A stretch of DNA of 58,902 nt from Candidatus Uhrbacteria bacterium (GTDB lineage: Bacteria > Patescibacteriota > Patescibacteriia > UBA9934), in NCBI GenBank assembly GCA_903848275.1, contig CAINGB010000030.1, positions 1 through 58,902 of the forward strand, written 5' to 3'. Positions 37,235 to 45,943 of the stretch are shown here, piece after piece. Numbering within the stretch: position 1 is the stretch's first letter; each line of letters opens with the position of its first letter. The notes under the pieces are model-generated. The model searched no databases and had not been told where the DNA came from. It saw only the letters and a program-made list of their open reading frames with translations. Position numbers and translations under genes: made by a program.

Positions 37235-38743
37235 ATGGACGCTCAATCGCACCAGGATTTAATGGATGATTTCGCCGAGTTGCGGGCAATTGTTGGTGAT
37301 AATATTAAACGATTAGGGAGATTTGAAAGACCACTGGGGCGGCACGCTCGGCCAGGGACGGCCAGAGTACTAGGTGATATGACCGATAGGACCAATGAGA
37401 CCTATAGGAAATTGGAAAATGACTTGAAGGCGTTGCAAGCCGCCAGAATAGAAGAAAATGCGGAGGAGTTGATTGCCGAAAAGAAACGAATAGCCTACGT
37501 GGTGCGGAGTTTGCAGGGCGTGACTGGCTCGCTCCTCGCGGCGACCGATTGGCAGGCGCCAACGTTCGCGAGTTCGGAGCAGTCACAGGCTGGGACGCAG
37601 ACGGGCCAGATTACGGGGACGGTTAATGATTACAAACGTGACCACCATGCTGACGCCACAAATTATGAACGACGTTGGCGGCAAGCGTACATTGATGCGC
37701 CGCTGCGGTTCCCTCCGCAAGTTTATGTGACGGCGAGCGGCATGGCGGCGTTTAGCACGGTACTGACGACATTGGCGACGGAGGACAAGATAAACGGGCC
37801 GATTATTGCGGGCAGCGCTTGTTATTTTGAAAATAAGTTATTGCTCGAGAAGTTTTTCCCGGGGCAGATCAGTTACGTCGATGAGATGAACACGGAAAGT
37901 GTGCTGGCGGCGATCAACGAGTTGCAACCAGCGGCGATATTCTTCGATACGCTCGGCAATACGGAGGACGTGGCGGCACCAGATATGGCGAGCTTAGTGC
38001 CGAGAATTATCGAGGAGATTAAGCGACCGACGATTTTAGTGCTAGATACCACGGGGACGGCGACCAGCTACCAGCCACTGCGTGACTTTCCACGGGGACC
38101 GTGTAAGCTCAGTTTGATTGTGGTGGAGAGTTTGCTTAAGTACCATCAGTTTGGCTTTGACCGCGTGAGTGCTGGGCTGATGTGGCGGACTGGACTGACG
38201 CCACTGGGGATTTTTGGCAACCGTATGCACTTGGGGACAGGACTGGTGGATGCTTCCGTGCTCACTTTGCCACAGCCGAATAGAAAGTTGTTCGATAAGA
38301 GGCTGAAACGGATGGGTAGGAATGCGAATTTAGTGGCCAAGGCCCTGGATGATCACGCGCGAACAACAAGGATGACGGCGCTGGCTGAGGTTGTGTACCC
38401 GGGGCTGCCGAGTCACCCGGCTTACGAGTGGATGAGTAAGCGGTATTTTCAGGGTAGTTTCTTGGTGTTTAAGTTAAAGCCGCAATATTGCTTTACGGCG
38501 TACTACAAAAAATTCTTAGCACTGGCCGTAGACGAAGCGCGCCAGGCTGGCGTCGACCTAAACGGTGGTAGTAGCTTTGGTTTTGACACGACACGAGTGT
38601 ATTTGACGGCTTTGTATGCAGCCAAGCACGCCACACCGTTTATTCGGATTAGTGTGGGGACGGAAACGCTGTACGAGGTGGAGAAGTTGATCGCGGTGTT
38701 GACCCGGGCCGTCGATAAACTGGCGTTTAGGTTGCCGCTTTAG
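37235..38743 (+). CDS. divergent Cys/Met-metabolism-type PLP-dependent enzyme with about 130-aa N-terminal extension
   Basis: ASGMAAFSTV, DTLGNT, ESLLKYHQFG (putative PLP lysine). Confidence 0.55.
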   Translation: MDAQSHQDLMDDFAELRAIVGDNIKRLGRFERPLGRHARPGTARVLGDMTDRTNETYRKLENDLKALQAARIEENAEELIAEKKRIAYVVRSLQGVTGSLLAATDWQAPTFASSEQSQAGTQTGQITGTVNDYKRDHHADATNYERRWRQAYIDAPLRFPPQVYVTASGMAAFSTVLTTLATEDKINGPIIAGSACYFENKLLLEKFFPGQISYVDEMNTESVLAAINELQPAAIFFDTLGNTEDVAAPDMASLVPRIIEEIKRPTILVLDTTGTATSYQPLRDFPRGPCKLSLIVVESLLKYHQFGFDRVSAGLMWRTGLTPLGIFGNRMHLGTGLVDASVLTLPQPNRKLFDKRLKRMGRNANLVAKALDDHARTTRMTALAEVVYPGLPSHPAYEWMSKRYFQGSFLVFKLKPQYCFTAYYKKFLALAVDEARQAGVDLNGGSSFGFDTTRVYLTALYAAKHATPFIRISVGTETLYEVEKLIAVLTRAVDKLAFRLPL

Positions 38744-39027
38744 CGCATTCCTACCTTTTCTTTGATCTGCACGACTTCGAGTTGAAGTTCGGTGATTTGC
38801 GGGAGAACTGAGACCTCGAGAATTTCAGCAATGTCAGTCACGATTTCCTTGCACATCTTTTTCATGTCGACGTCTAGCCTGTCTATCCGTGTGTTTAGAC
38901 GGTTTTCAAGTACCTTATTCATGGCGTACATTTCGTCGCGAAGTTCGAGCTTAAAAATGTGATTGTTGGCCTCGAGTAACTCAATCATGAGAGCCCGGAT
39001 GGCCGCCATGTCGTTTTCGTGCAACAT
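38740..39027 (-). CDS. small coiled-coil-like protein, paralog P1
   Basis: 95 aa; C-terminal EIVTDIAEILEVSVLPQITELQLEVVQIKEKVG shared with P2 and P3. Confidence 0.65.
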   Translation of the reverse strand: MLHENDMAAIRALMIELLEANNHIFKLELRDEMYAMNKVLENRLNTRIDRLDVDMKKMCKEIVTDIAEILEVSVLPQITELQLEVVQIKEKVGMR

Positions 39028-39075
39028 AAAAGCAAAGTGAAGAATAAGGCGGGGAGCATCTGGGGAGATGAGGTT

Positions 39076-39084
39076 ATTCTACCA
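39076..39084 (-). promoter_or_regulatory. extended -10 TGgTAGAAT of P1
   Basis: attctacca on the plus strand; conserved position in all three paralogs. Confidence 0.5.
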
Positions 39085-39103
39085 TAAGTTTTAACGACAA
39101 AAA

Positions 39104-39127
39104 AATACCGGCAGAAGCTGGTATTTT
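39104..39127. terminator. hairpin terminator after tRNA-Glu (A-run and T-run on both sides)
   Basis: aaaaaataccggc agaa gctggtatttttt. Confidence 0.7.
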
Positions 39128-39128
39128 T

Positions 39129-39203
39129 TGGTGACTCCAGGGGGAGTCGAACCCCCGTTACAGGCTTGAAAAGCCCGTGTCCTAACCATTAGACGATGGA
39201 GCC
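39129..39203 (-). tRNA. tRNA-Glu (anticodon TTC), CCA encoded
   Basis: Acceptor GGCTCCA/TGGAGTC, anticodon loop TTTTCAA, T-loop TTCGACT. Confidence 0.95.
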
Positions 39204-39223
39204 ATATGGTCAAATGTGCGGGT

Positions 39224-39252
39224 AATATAGTTGATACTAGCCTTTTAGTCAA
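39224..39252 (-). promoter_or_regulatory. tRNA-Glu promoter TTGACT-N17-TATATT
   Basis: Minus-strand ttgact (39247-39252) and tatatt (39224-39229), about 20 nt upstream of the tRNA 5' end. Confidence 0.55.
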
Positions 39253-39270
39253 CCATGAGCTAGTTAGCGT

Positions 39271-39303
39271 AAGAATCCCAGGCTGCATGAGCCTGGGATT
39301 CTT
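39271..39303 (-). terminator. 13-bp hairpin immediately after the P2 stop (no clear U-run)
   Basis: aagaatcccaggc tgcatga gcctgggattctt. Confidence 0.4.
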
Positions 39304-39304
39304 A

Positions 39305-39568
39305 TTACACACCAACCTGCTCCTTCAACCGAGCCACGTCGTATTGTAGTTCGGTAATTTGCGGCAGGACTGAACCGTCGAGAAGTTCGGCGATCTCAGT
39401 AACGATTTCTCGTTTCATAGCCTTAGTAGTGGCGTGGATTTCGTCTCGAATGTCGCGCTTGAGCAGGTGATTATTCTGCTCAACGATATCTTTAACAATA
39501 CCGGGTACAGTGTCCTTGATGATGGTCGTAACAATGGTGGCGATTACCACCTGGTCGTTTTTGGTCAT
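39305..39568 (-). CDS. small coiled-coil-like protein, paralog P2
   Basis: 87 aa; the first 14 codons are nucleotide-identical to P3. Confidence 0.65.
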   Translation of the reverse strand: MTKNDQVVIATIVTTIIKDTVPGIVKDIVEQNNHLLKRDIRDEIHATTKAMKREIVTEIAELLDGSVLPQITELQYDVARLKEQVGV

Positions 39569-39609
39569 AGAGTGAACAAAAAAGAATAAGGTGGGGAGAT
39601 TCTGGGGAT
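39526..39609. repeat. 84-nt direct repeat, left copy (P2 5' CDS plus leader)
   Basis: 83 of 84 nt identical to 40916..40999 by hand alignment (mismatch at 39588/40978). Confidence 0.85.
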
Positions 39610-39616
39610 TGAGGCT

Positions 39617-39625
39617 ATTCTACCA
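39617..39625 (-). promoter_or_regulatory. extended -10 TGgTAGAAT of P2
   Basis: attctacca on the plus strand. Confidence 0.5.
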
Positions 39626-39777
39626 CAAGTTTTAGTTGGTCAAAAATGAGCTGTGCGTATAACAACAAACCCCGTGCTGAGAACAACAGCGTTCCCAGAA
39701 CGGGGCTGTTGCTCGCACAGGGCGAGAGCGATGGTGGTCATCGGTTAATACCACCGGTTGATGCCACGACTGACCGA

Positions 39778-40440
39778 TCAGTGTCGACGCGGGACGGGGT
39801 CGGGGGTGAGGGTGAACGTAGAGGTAGGGGCGGCGGTGGGACGGAATGCCTCCGCCTCATCTTCCTCACGGAACTGTGTCCTCTCGTCCTCCTTGAGGTG
39901 GCTTTCGAGAGTGTTCCGTGTCGACGGGTTGGCCGGCAGGCCGAACACTACCGTCACTGTCGCGAGTGCCTCCTCACGAGTGTAGGAAACGCTGTTGCCG
40001 CAGGTATTGCCTACGTACACTTCGACGAACTCGTCACCCCTGGGCTCGAAGCACAGGACGTCGCCGCTCTCCGCTTTGGAGGTGCACAGCCGATTGCCAT
40101 ACGCGCTGGTCTTCCACCCGCTATAGCTGAAGCGGGGGTGATTTGCGTCCCAGAGCAATTGAGGCCACCAGTGCTGAAGCTGCTCCATGAGCAGAGCCTC
40201 GCTCACGGGGTTTGTGTACCCGCCAGCAGGACTCGCGACCAACTGGGGCACGATCTGGTAGCTTTCCGTCGGGTCGATGACATACGTCTGACACCCTATC
40301 TTCAGCACCAAGGGCGTCGTGTCCAACGGCCGGGGCGATGGGACGTAGACGAACCCAGGCCTCGCGTCGTACTCCTCGATCGACGGCTTTGCTGTCTCCG
40401 GATCACCGGCGAATGCTGCACTCAGAAAAAGAACCATCAT
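39778..40440 (-). CDS. secreted Cys-containing protein (GC-rich insert)
   Basis: 220 aa from MMVLFLSAAFAG; GGAGG 5 nt upstream; antisense ORF 39646..40485 judged spurious. Confidence 0.55.
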   Translation of the reverse strand: MMVLFLSAAFAGDPETAKPSIEEYDARPGFVYVPSPRPLDTTPLVLKIGCQTYVIDPTESYQIVPQLVASPAGGYTNPVSEALLMEQLQHWWPQLLWDANHPRFSYSGWKTSAYGNRLCTSKAESGDVLCFEPRGDEFVEVYVGNTCGNSVSYTREEALATVTVVFGLPANPSTRNTLESHLKEDERTQFREEDEAEAFRPTAAPTSTFTLTPDPVPRRH

Positions 40441-40588
40441 GGGAACCTCCATGCTCGGGAAGAAAAGTCCGAGCTTGTTTTATAACAATAGCAAAAAATA
40501 TGTATTTTGGCAATGGGAAATGGAAGAAAAGTGGCTGTTATGAGCCAAAATTCCAATTTTACTACTACTCAAATAACTCCGCAAACCA

Positions 40589-40612
40589 AATACCAGGCAA
40601 CGGCCTGGTATT
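40589..40612. terminator. hairpin terminator after P3
   Basis: aataccaggc aacg gcctggtatt flanked by A-run and T-run. Confidence 0.65.
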
Positions 40613-40628
40613 CTTTTTGCGAATGAGA

Positions 40629-40958
40629 CTAAACGCCAACCCTTGCTTTTAACAGCGCGACATCGTACCTCAGTTCCGCGATCGGGGTGAGGACGGCGAC
40701 GTCCAAGATTTCGGCGATATCGGAGACGATTTCTGTGCGCATGGTGTGCATGTCGGCACGGAGTTGCTGCATATCCGCTTTTAGTTCACTGCGTAGAGCT
40801 TGTTTGGCGGCATGAATTTCGTCACGCAAATCGAGTTTTAACATGTGATTGTTTTGCTCGATGATATCGGTGACAATGTCCTTGATCATGCCTGGTACAG
40901 TTGTCTGAATGGCGCTCGTAACAATGGTGGCGATTACCACCTGGTCGTTTTTGGTCAT
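40629..40958 (-). CDS. small coiled-coil-like protein, paralog P3
   Basis: 109 aa; same N-terminus MTKNDQVVIATIVT and C-terminal motif as P2. Confidence 0.65.
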   Translation of the reverse strand: MTKNDQVVIATIVTSAIQTTVPGMIKDIVTDIIEQNNHMLKLDLRDEIHAAKQALRSELKADMQQLRADMHTMRTEIVSDIAEILDVAVLTPIAELRYDVALLKARVGV

Positions 40959-40999
40959 AGAGTGAACAAAAAAGAATTAGGTGGGGAGATTCTGGGGAT
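40916..40999. repeat. 84-nt direct repeat, right copy (P3 5' CDS plus leader)
   Basis: See 39526..39609. Confidence 0.85.
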
Positions 41000-41005
41000 G
41001 AAGTG

Positions 41006-41014
41006 ATTGTACCA
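41006..41014 (-). promoter_or_regulatory. extended -10 TGgTACAAT of P3
   Basis: attgtacca on the plus strand. Confidence 0.5.
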
Positions 41015-41066
41015 CAACCCGAGGAATGATAAACTTGGATTAGTATTAGCTGATAATTTGTTGTTT

Positions 41067-42119
41067 ATGGAAAAGTCGGGAGAGTTTTTACATAATATTG
41101 CCAAAGTTAATATATTAGGTGCCGAGGTTGGGGTTAAAACAAAAACCAGAAGAAACATTCGGAATCGCTACGAAGGTGCCAAGAGTGAAACAGCGAAAGT
41201 ATTAGATATACCAGGCCAGTTGGGCAAGTTCGTGACGAAAGATCATGTCACAGCTTTGTTACGAGTACTTGGTCAAGCAGAAGGTTTGAAATTTGCCGGT
41301 TTTACCAATGACAGTATTCAGATGCAAGACCTGAACGAGACTTTGCGCAACTTTGACGAAAGATTCGAGGCAAATAGAGATAAGTCAGCAGCTTTTAGTC
41401 CTGAGGACTTGAAAATGTTTTCGTGGCTCAATAAACTTATTGAAGAACGCGTTCTCGATGGCTCGCTGGTAAAATTAACAGAATCTATTCCTGGCTCTGA
41501 AGATTTTTTGTCTGAGCAGTCGTCAGCCCAAGAAATGCGTCAGGAAACAGTTGAGCAGCTAGCTGTTTTGATTAATCGCGTAGCTAAGATTAAGCAGCAA
41601 GCACGAGGCAGCGTTGAGTCGTTCGAAGTTGGGCGATTGACGCAATTACTCGATGAAGTGGAGACTTTTAGCGAACGCTACATTGGGGCATTAGCTTTTG
41701 ATAATCCTGAGTTAGCCGAAAATATTCACCAGGAATATCTCAATAGTGTGAGGGTGGTGCGAGCTGAACTGAAAAAATACAAAGAGAACGCTGGTGATTT
41801 GTATCTGGCCAAACACTTACTGGTGGCGGCGCATTATATTGATAGATCGGGCGTACTGACAGCGTCCTATCAAACGGAAGCAGTTAGAAATTTTGCGCAG
41901 AAGCCTGGTATTGAACGTTTATATTCAGCGTTGGTTGACCTCCACGCCAAAGCTGACGACAAACCAATGCTCTATCACTTCAAGCAGCATACTTTTGATT
42001 TTGAGCGGAAAGTGAAATATATTGGGACGTACGGTTCACTCATGCATATCCGGCCGGAAGTGACGCTGTACGCTGGATGCATGGCTGAATATTTCAAGCA
42101 CCGGGAAGACGAAAAATAA
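41067..42119 (+). CDS. hypothetical 350-aa protein (the track ORF starts at TTG 41007)
   Basis: ATG 41067 lies 9 nt after GATAAT (leaderless pattern); no motif recognised. Confidence 0.55.
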   Translation: MEKSGEFLHNIAKVNILGAEVGVKTKTRRNIRNRYEGAKSETAKVLDIPGQLGKFVTKDHVTALLRVLGQAEGLKFAGFTNDSIQMQDLNETLRNFDERFEANRDKSAAFSPEDLKMFSWLNKLIEERVLDGSLVKLTESIPGSEDFLSEQSSAQEMRQETVEQLAVLINRVAKIKQQARGSVESFEVGRLTQLLDEVETFSERYIGALAFDNPELAENIHQEYLNSVRVVRAELKKYKENAGDLYLAKHLLVAAHYIDRSGVLTASYQTEAVRNFAQKPGIERLYSALVDLHAKADDKPMLYHFKQHTFDFERKVKYIGTYGSLMHIRPEVTLYAGCMAEYFKHREDEK

Positions 42120-42158
42120 AACGCACCCGCCTGAGCCAGAGCCCAAGCGGGGCGTTTT
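42117..42158 (+). terminator. rho-independent terminator
   Basis: acgcacccgc...gcggggcgt then tttt. Confidence 0.6.
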
Positions 42159-42173
42159 GGCAGTTCAGACGGG

Positions 42174-42977
42174 CTAGAGACGGGGGTGAGTGAGGTTGGT
42201 GATGGTGAAGAGGCCGACGTCGTGTGGCAAGCGGAAATCTGGAGAGGTGATCCTTTCCAGATAGAGGTGCACAGCGTACAACAACGAGTCATCCAGCTTG
42301 GCAGGATCGCACTGGAGCAAAAAGGCCACCAGATTATGATTGCGGAAGGAGTTGACGTCGATGCTAGCCACGAAGCCGTGCCGCTCGAAGTGACGCTCCC
42401 CGATCTCCGCCTCCAGCCCGGCGAGAATGGCCTCGACTTCACTGTCGGTGGAGATGATGTGAGGGCCGCCCGTGACGTGTTGACGGAACTGCTCCTGCAC
42501 CTGGTGGATGCCGCGTGGACCGTGATGGCCAATGAGCACTTCCCGACCGAGGCTGAGGATCTTGCGCAAGGCCGCGGTGAGGTCCGGCACGTGGTAGAGC
42601 AGCTGGTAGGCGATGACGAGGTCGAACTGCTCACTGGTGTCGAAGCCGGCCAGGTCGCACTGCAGCAGGCTCAGCTGCGAACCGCTGACGGCCGACACGG
42701 TGCTGGCGAACTGGTCGAGCTGCCCCTGGTGCGGATCGACGCCGAAGTAGTGGAACTTCTGGCCTCGCTCGGTCAACATGTCCATGACGAGCTGGCTCGT
42801 GACACCGTTGCCGCAGCCGAGGTCGAGTACTTTGACCTGACCACCGTATAGGCGCGAGGCACGGTAGCGCAGGTATAGGCGCCTGAAGTGCTCGATGAAG
42901 AGCTGCTTCTCGTTGCTGGCCTTGAGATAGGTGGCGAAAGGGCCGCTGGTGTAGAGAGAGGCGGTGGAAGAGTCCAT
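42174..42977 (-). CDS. class I SAM-dependent methyltransferase (GC-rich insert)
   Basis: 267 aa from MDSSTASLY (GGAG 6 nt upstream); motif I VLDLGCGNG. Confidence 0.7.
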   Translation of the reverse strand: MDSSTASLYTSGPFATYLKASNEKQLFIEHFRRLYLRYRASRLYGGQVKVLDLGCGNGVTSQLVMDMLTERGQKFHYFGVDPHQGQLDQFASTVSAVSGSQLSLLQCDLAGFDTSEQFDLVIAYQLLYHVPDLTAALRKILSLGREVLIGHHGPRGIHQVQEQFRQHVTGGPHIISTDSEVEAILAGLEAEIGERHFERHGFVASIDVNSFRNHNLVAFLLQCDPAKLDDSLLYAVHLYLERITSPDFRLPHDVGLFTITNLTHPRL

Positions 42978-43049
42978 GGTTTGCTCCGAGAGAAAGGATT
43001 GTGACGCCAAAAAGCTACCAAAAATGGCAGCTTTTGTCCAGTGAATAGG

Positions 43050-43325
43050 TTAGGCTAATTGCTCCAAGAGCTCTGGAATATCCGCCTCGGTGACTTCGCC
43101 TAACCAGAGGTTGTCTGGCATGATGACGAGAGTGACGCCAGTTCCGCAGTTGTTGAGGCAGCCAGTTTTGACCACACGGACGTCGGTGAAACGGGCTTTG
43201 ACGGCGGCTTTGAGAGGTTCGAAAAGTTCCAAGGCACCACGTTGTAGACAGCAGTTTACGCCGGGAGCGCGGTCGTTGGTACAAACGAGGACGAGTTTGC
43301 GGTAGGGATGTTCAGCTAAACGCAT
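43050..43325 (-). CDS. thioredoxin-like [2Fe-2S] ferredoxin domain protein
   Basis: 91 aa; LVCTN...CC...GCLNNC cysteine pattern. Confidence 0.6.
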   Translation of the reverse strand: MRLAEHPYRKLVLVCTNDRAPGVNCCLQRGALELFEPLKAAVKARFTDVRVVKTGCLNNCGTGVTLVIMPDNLWLGEVTEADIPELLEQLA

Positions 43326-43328
43326 AAA

Positions 43329-44756
43329 CTAGCGACGGATGACACCGGAGGCTGGGGCCATTGGGGTTGGTGGCAAGAGGCCAGCGCCGAGTGGGTTGTA
43401 ACCCTTAGCGACCTCGGCACCGTCTAGGAAGCCATCGCCGTCAGTATCTGGATTATTAGGATCCGTGCCGTACTTGGCCTCTTGTTTGGCAGTCAGGCCG
43501 TCGTTGTCGACGTCGAGATTGTCGGCGGCAGCTTGAGCTGCTTGGTCGGCCATGATTTTAGCAAAGACGTCCTGAATACTAGAGGCGTTTTCTGGAGCGA
43601 CAACGTCGGGCGTGGTGTTAATATCGGTCAGAGTTAAGGAGAACACAATATTTAATGGGCCTTCAAAGTTGTCTTTGAGTTTAGCATTAGCGGCGGTGTC
43701 GACGGTTTCGGTAAGGGTTATTTTGTGGATGAAGTTGTCGGAAGTACCAACCCAGACTTCGCCACTCATGGGGCCAAGGGTGCTAATTAGATCTGTCAGT
43801 TGGGTTAGATCGCGTTCATTCAGAGCTGTTGGCTGCTTGAGGTGAACATCTTTGAGGGTGGCAATGAGGGCTGCATTGTCGACATTGAACTTGTAGTCGT
43901 GAACCGGGAGGCCAGCCACGGTGGTATTGGCACCGGCGGTGAAGCCAGTGAGAATGGTCGGCAAGGCGGCGACAAAGATATCGTTCACGGCTTTCTTGTC
44001 TTCAGCTGTAAGATTGAGGGAGGAATTGACGTCGGCTAAGGCCTTAGTGCTGTCGAGCTGCTTTTTAGCTTCGGCAATGTCGACGAAAATCCATTGGTCG
44101 GCGAGACTCGAAAGAATGCTTTGGAAAGCGACGGGAATAGCGGCGAGGCCAGTAGTTTCGCCGTTAGGAGGCATGGCAACGCCACCAACCTTAAAGTAAA
44201 GCTTATCGTCGAGGCTACGGAAGCCGAGTGAGTATGGACCTTGATCAGTACCGTCGTTAGTAGCAGTCAGACTGGCGTTGGCACTGACTGTAGATTGCGT
44301 AGCGGCACCGTCGATGAGAAGGTTGACGGATATGTCAGTTGCGCCTTTGCCCGTGTCTTTGTCCTTAGCGGGCAGAACTTTACCGCTGGCTGTGATGTCG
44401 GCCTGGTAAATAGCGTTCTTGACCGTGGCCATGGCGGCTTGCACGTTACTCATGATGCGGGCTGGGCTGTGGGCTTGTTGCCAGTAGAAGTAGCCAGCAA
44501 AAGCGCCGCCGGCTAAAAGTAAGACGAAAACTATTAAAAAAATGATGAGCTTGAGATGACTGCGACGACGAGGCTCGGTTGTTATCGAGGGCACGACTGG
44601 TACTGAGTTCTGGCGGGGGGCGGTGACCCCGCCTATTTCTGGTGAGCTGTAAGCTGGCATGGCTGGAGTGGGAGCCGAGAGAACTTCGGGCATGGAGGGT
44701 TCGGGAATGCTGGCAAAAGGGTCGACGGCTTCAACTTTTGGCGTTTCGTCAAACAT
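43329..44756 (-). CDS. membrane-anchored extracellular protein with C-terminal calcium-binding Asp-rich repeats
   Basis: 475 aa; one TM helix after a Pro-rich N-terminus; DVDNDGLT...DPNNPDTDGDGFLDGAEV. Confidence 0.6.
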   Translation of the reverse strand: MFDETPKVEAVDPFASIPEPSMPEVLSAPTPAMPAYSSPEIGGVTAPRQNSVPVVPSITTEPRRRSHLKLIIFLIVFVLLLAGGAFAGYFYWQQAHSPARIMSNVQAAMATVKNAIYQADITASGKVLPAKDKDTGKGATDISVNLLIDGAATQSTVSANASLTATNDGTDQGPYSLGFRSLDDKLYFKVGGVAMPPNGETTGLAAIPVAFQSILSSLADQWIFVDIAEAKKQLDSTKALADVNSSLNLTAEDKKAVNDIFVAALPTILTGFTAGANTTVAGLPVHDYKFNVDNAALIATLKDVHLKQPTALNERDLTQLTDLISTLGPMSGEVWVGTSDNFIHKITLTETVDTAANAKLKDNFEGPLNIVFSLTLTDINTTPDVVAPENASSIQDVFAKIMADQAAQAAADNLDVDNDGLTAKQEAKYGTDPNNPDTDGDGFLDGAEVAKGYNPLGAGLLPPTPMAPASGVIRR

Positions 44757-44761
44757 AGAAA

Positions 44762-45823
44762 TTATAATGAATGGCGCTCGAGCACGCCGGCTTTATAGAG
44801 TTGAACGAGGGATAAGAAGGCGGCCAGGATAGTTGGGCCGACGATGATGCCGATGGGACCGAAGACTTGAAGGCCGCCGAGAATGGTGAGAAGGACGAGT
44901 AACGGGTGCATACTGGTGCGGCCTTGAACGATGATGGGACGGAGGAAGTTGTCGACCAAACCGACCAGGACGATGGACCAAATAGCCAAGCCGATGCCAG
45001 CGGCTTCGTGGCCAGAGAGGAAGAGGTAGACGCAGGCTGGAGCCATGACGCTCGCCGTGCCGATGAACGGAATGTTGGAGGCGACAATGACTAGGGCGGC
45101 CCAAATGAGGGCGCCAGGTACGCCGAAGATAGTCATACCAATACCAGCGATGATACTTTGGGCTAAGGCGACAACAACAGAACCGGCAACGACAGCACGG
45201 ATGGTACCAGTCATGTTAGAAAGAATATTGCTGTCGGTTTTGTCGCGCAGTGGGCTGAGGACGAGGGCTTCGTGGACCAAGCGCTCGCGATCGACCAAGA
45301 AGTAGTAGAGACAGATGAAGAAGACGAAAGTTTTAAAGAGGAAGTCACCAGCGCTCGAGAAGATTTGGCCGAGGTGTTGCGACGCCCACTGTGCAATACC
45401 GAGTAAACCGGCCCGGAGATCGATTGCGACGATATATTGCTGGACGGCTATTGGGAGATGCTGAAAGAAAGGATTTGCTCCAAAATTAATGGCGAAGATT
45501 GAGCCGTTTTCGGCGATGAGAGTTTGGGCTAGGTTAACGGCCTGGTTAACCATGACGATGCCGGTGATAACTAGTGGCACAACGATGAGGACCAAGACCA
45601 GCAGGACAATAAGGAAAGACGACACGCTGCGGTGACCGCCAAGTTTACGCCGTAGGGCGCGTTCGAGCGGCGTCGTGATAACAGCCATGACGCCCGAAGT
45701 CATGAGGACGATGGCATAGGGCTGAAGGGTTTGCCAGAAGAGAAAGCCGACGATAAGTGAAACGCCCAGGAAAAACCAGCGGGCGATATGTTCGTGTTCA
45801 GAAAGCGTTGCGAGTTTGGCCAT
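44762..45823 (-). CDS. AI-2E family transporter (PerM/UPF0118)
   Basis: 353 aa from MAKLATLSE; polytopic; C-terminal NFLRPIIVQGRTSMHPL motif. Confidence 0.8.
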   Translation of the reverse strand: MAKLATLSEHEHIARWFFLGVSLIVGFLFWQTLQPYAIVLMTSGVMAVITTPLERALRRKLGGHRSVSSFLIVLLVLVLIVVPLVITGIVMVNQAVNLAQTLIAENGSIFAINFGANPFFQHLPIAVQQYIVAIDLRAGLLGIAQWASQHLGQIFSSAGDFLFKTFVFFICLYYFLVDRERLVHEALVLSPLRDKTDSNILSNMTGTIRAVVAGSVVVALAQSIIAGIGMTIFGVPGALIWAALVIVASNIPFIGTASVMAPACVYLFLSGHEAAGIGLAIWSIVLVGLVDNFLRPIIVQGRTSMHPLLVLLTILGGLQVFGPIGIIVGPTILAAFLSLVQLYKAGVLERHSL

Positions 45824-45875
45824 ATTGCGTACATCATACCAAATTCTAATAACTCGTAACATGGCAACACTTAGA

Positions 45876-45905
45876 GTCGACCAACACTTAGTGTTGATTT
45901 GCAGA
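45876..45905 (+). repeat. hairpin motif, copy c (gtcgaccaacacttagtgttgatttgcaga)
   Basis: 53 nt upstream of minus-strand ATG 45823; extra caacacttag half-copy at 45865-45874. Confidence 0.6.
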
Positions 45906-45943
45906 AATAACAAAAATCCCCCGCCGAAGCTGGGGAGTTTTTA

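Noticed and set aside
39646-40485. 279-aa plus-strand ORF. Analogous both-strand ORFs occur at 32685..33350, 42186..42851, 14236..14638 and 57641..58117.
   Set aside because: These are spurious open frames expected in GC-rich DNA. Their translations are Arg/Gly/Pro-rich. The opposite-strand ORFs have SDs, signal peptides or a methyltransferase motif.
41007-41066. TTG start at 41007 for the 370-aa track ORF.
   Set aside because: It overlaps the P3 promoter on the other strand and has no SD. The ATG at 41067 fits the recurrent -10-N9-ATG leaderless pattern. The start remains uncertain.
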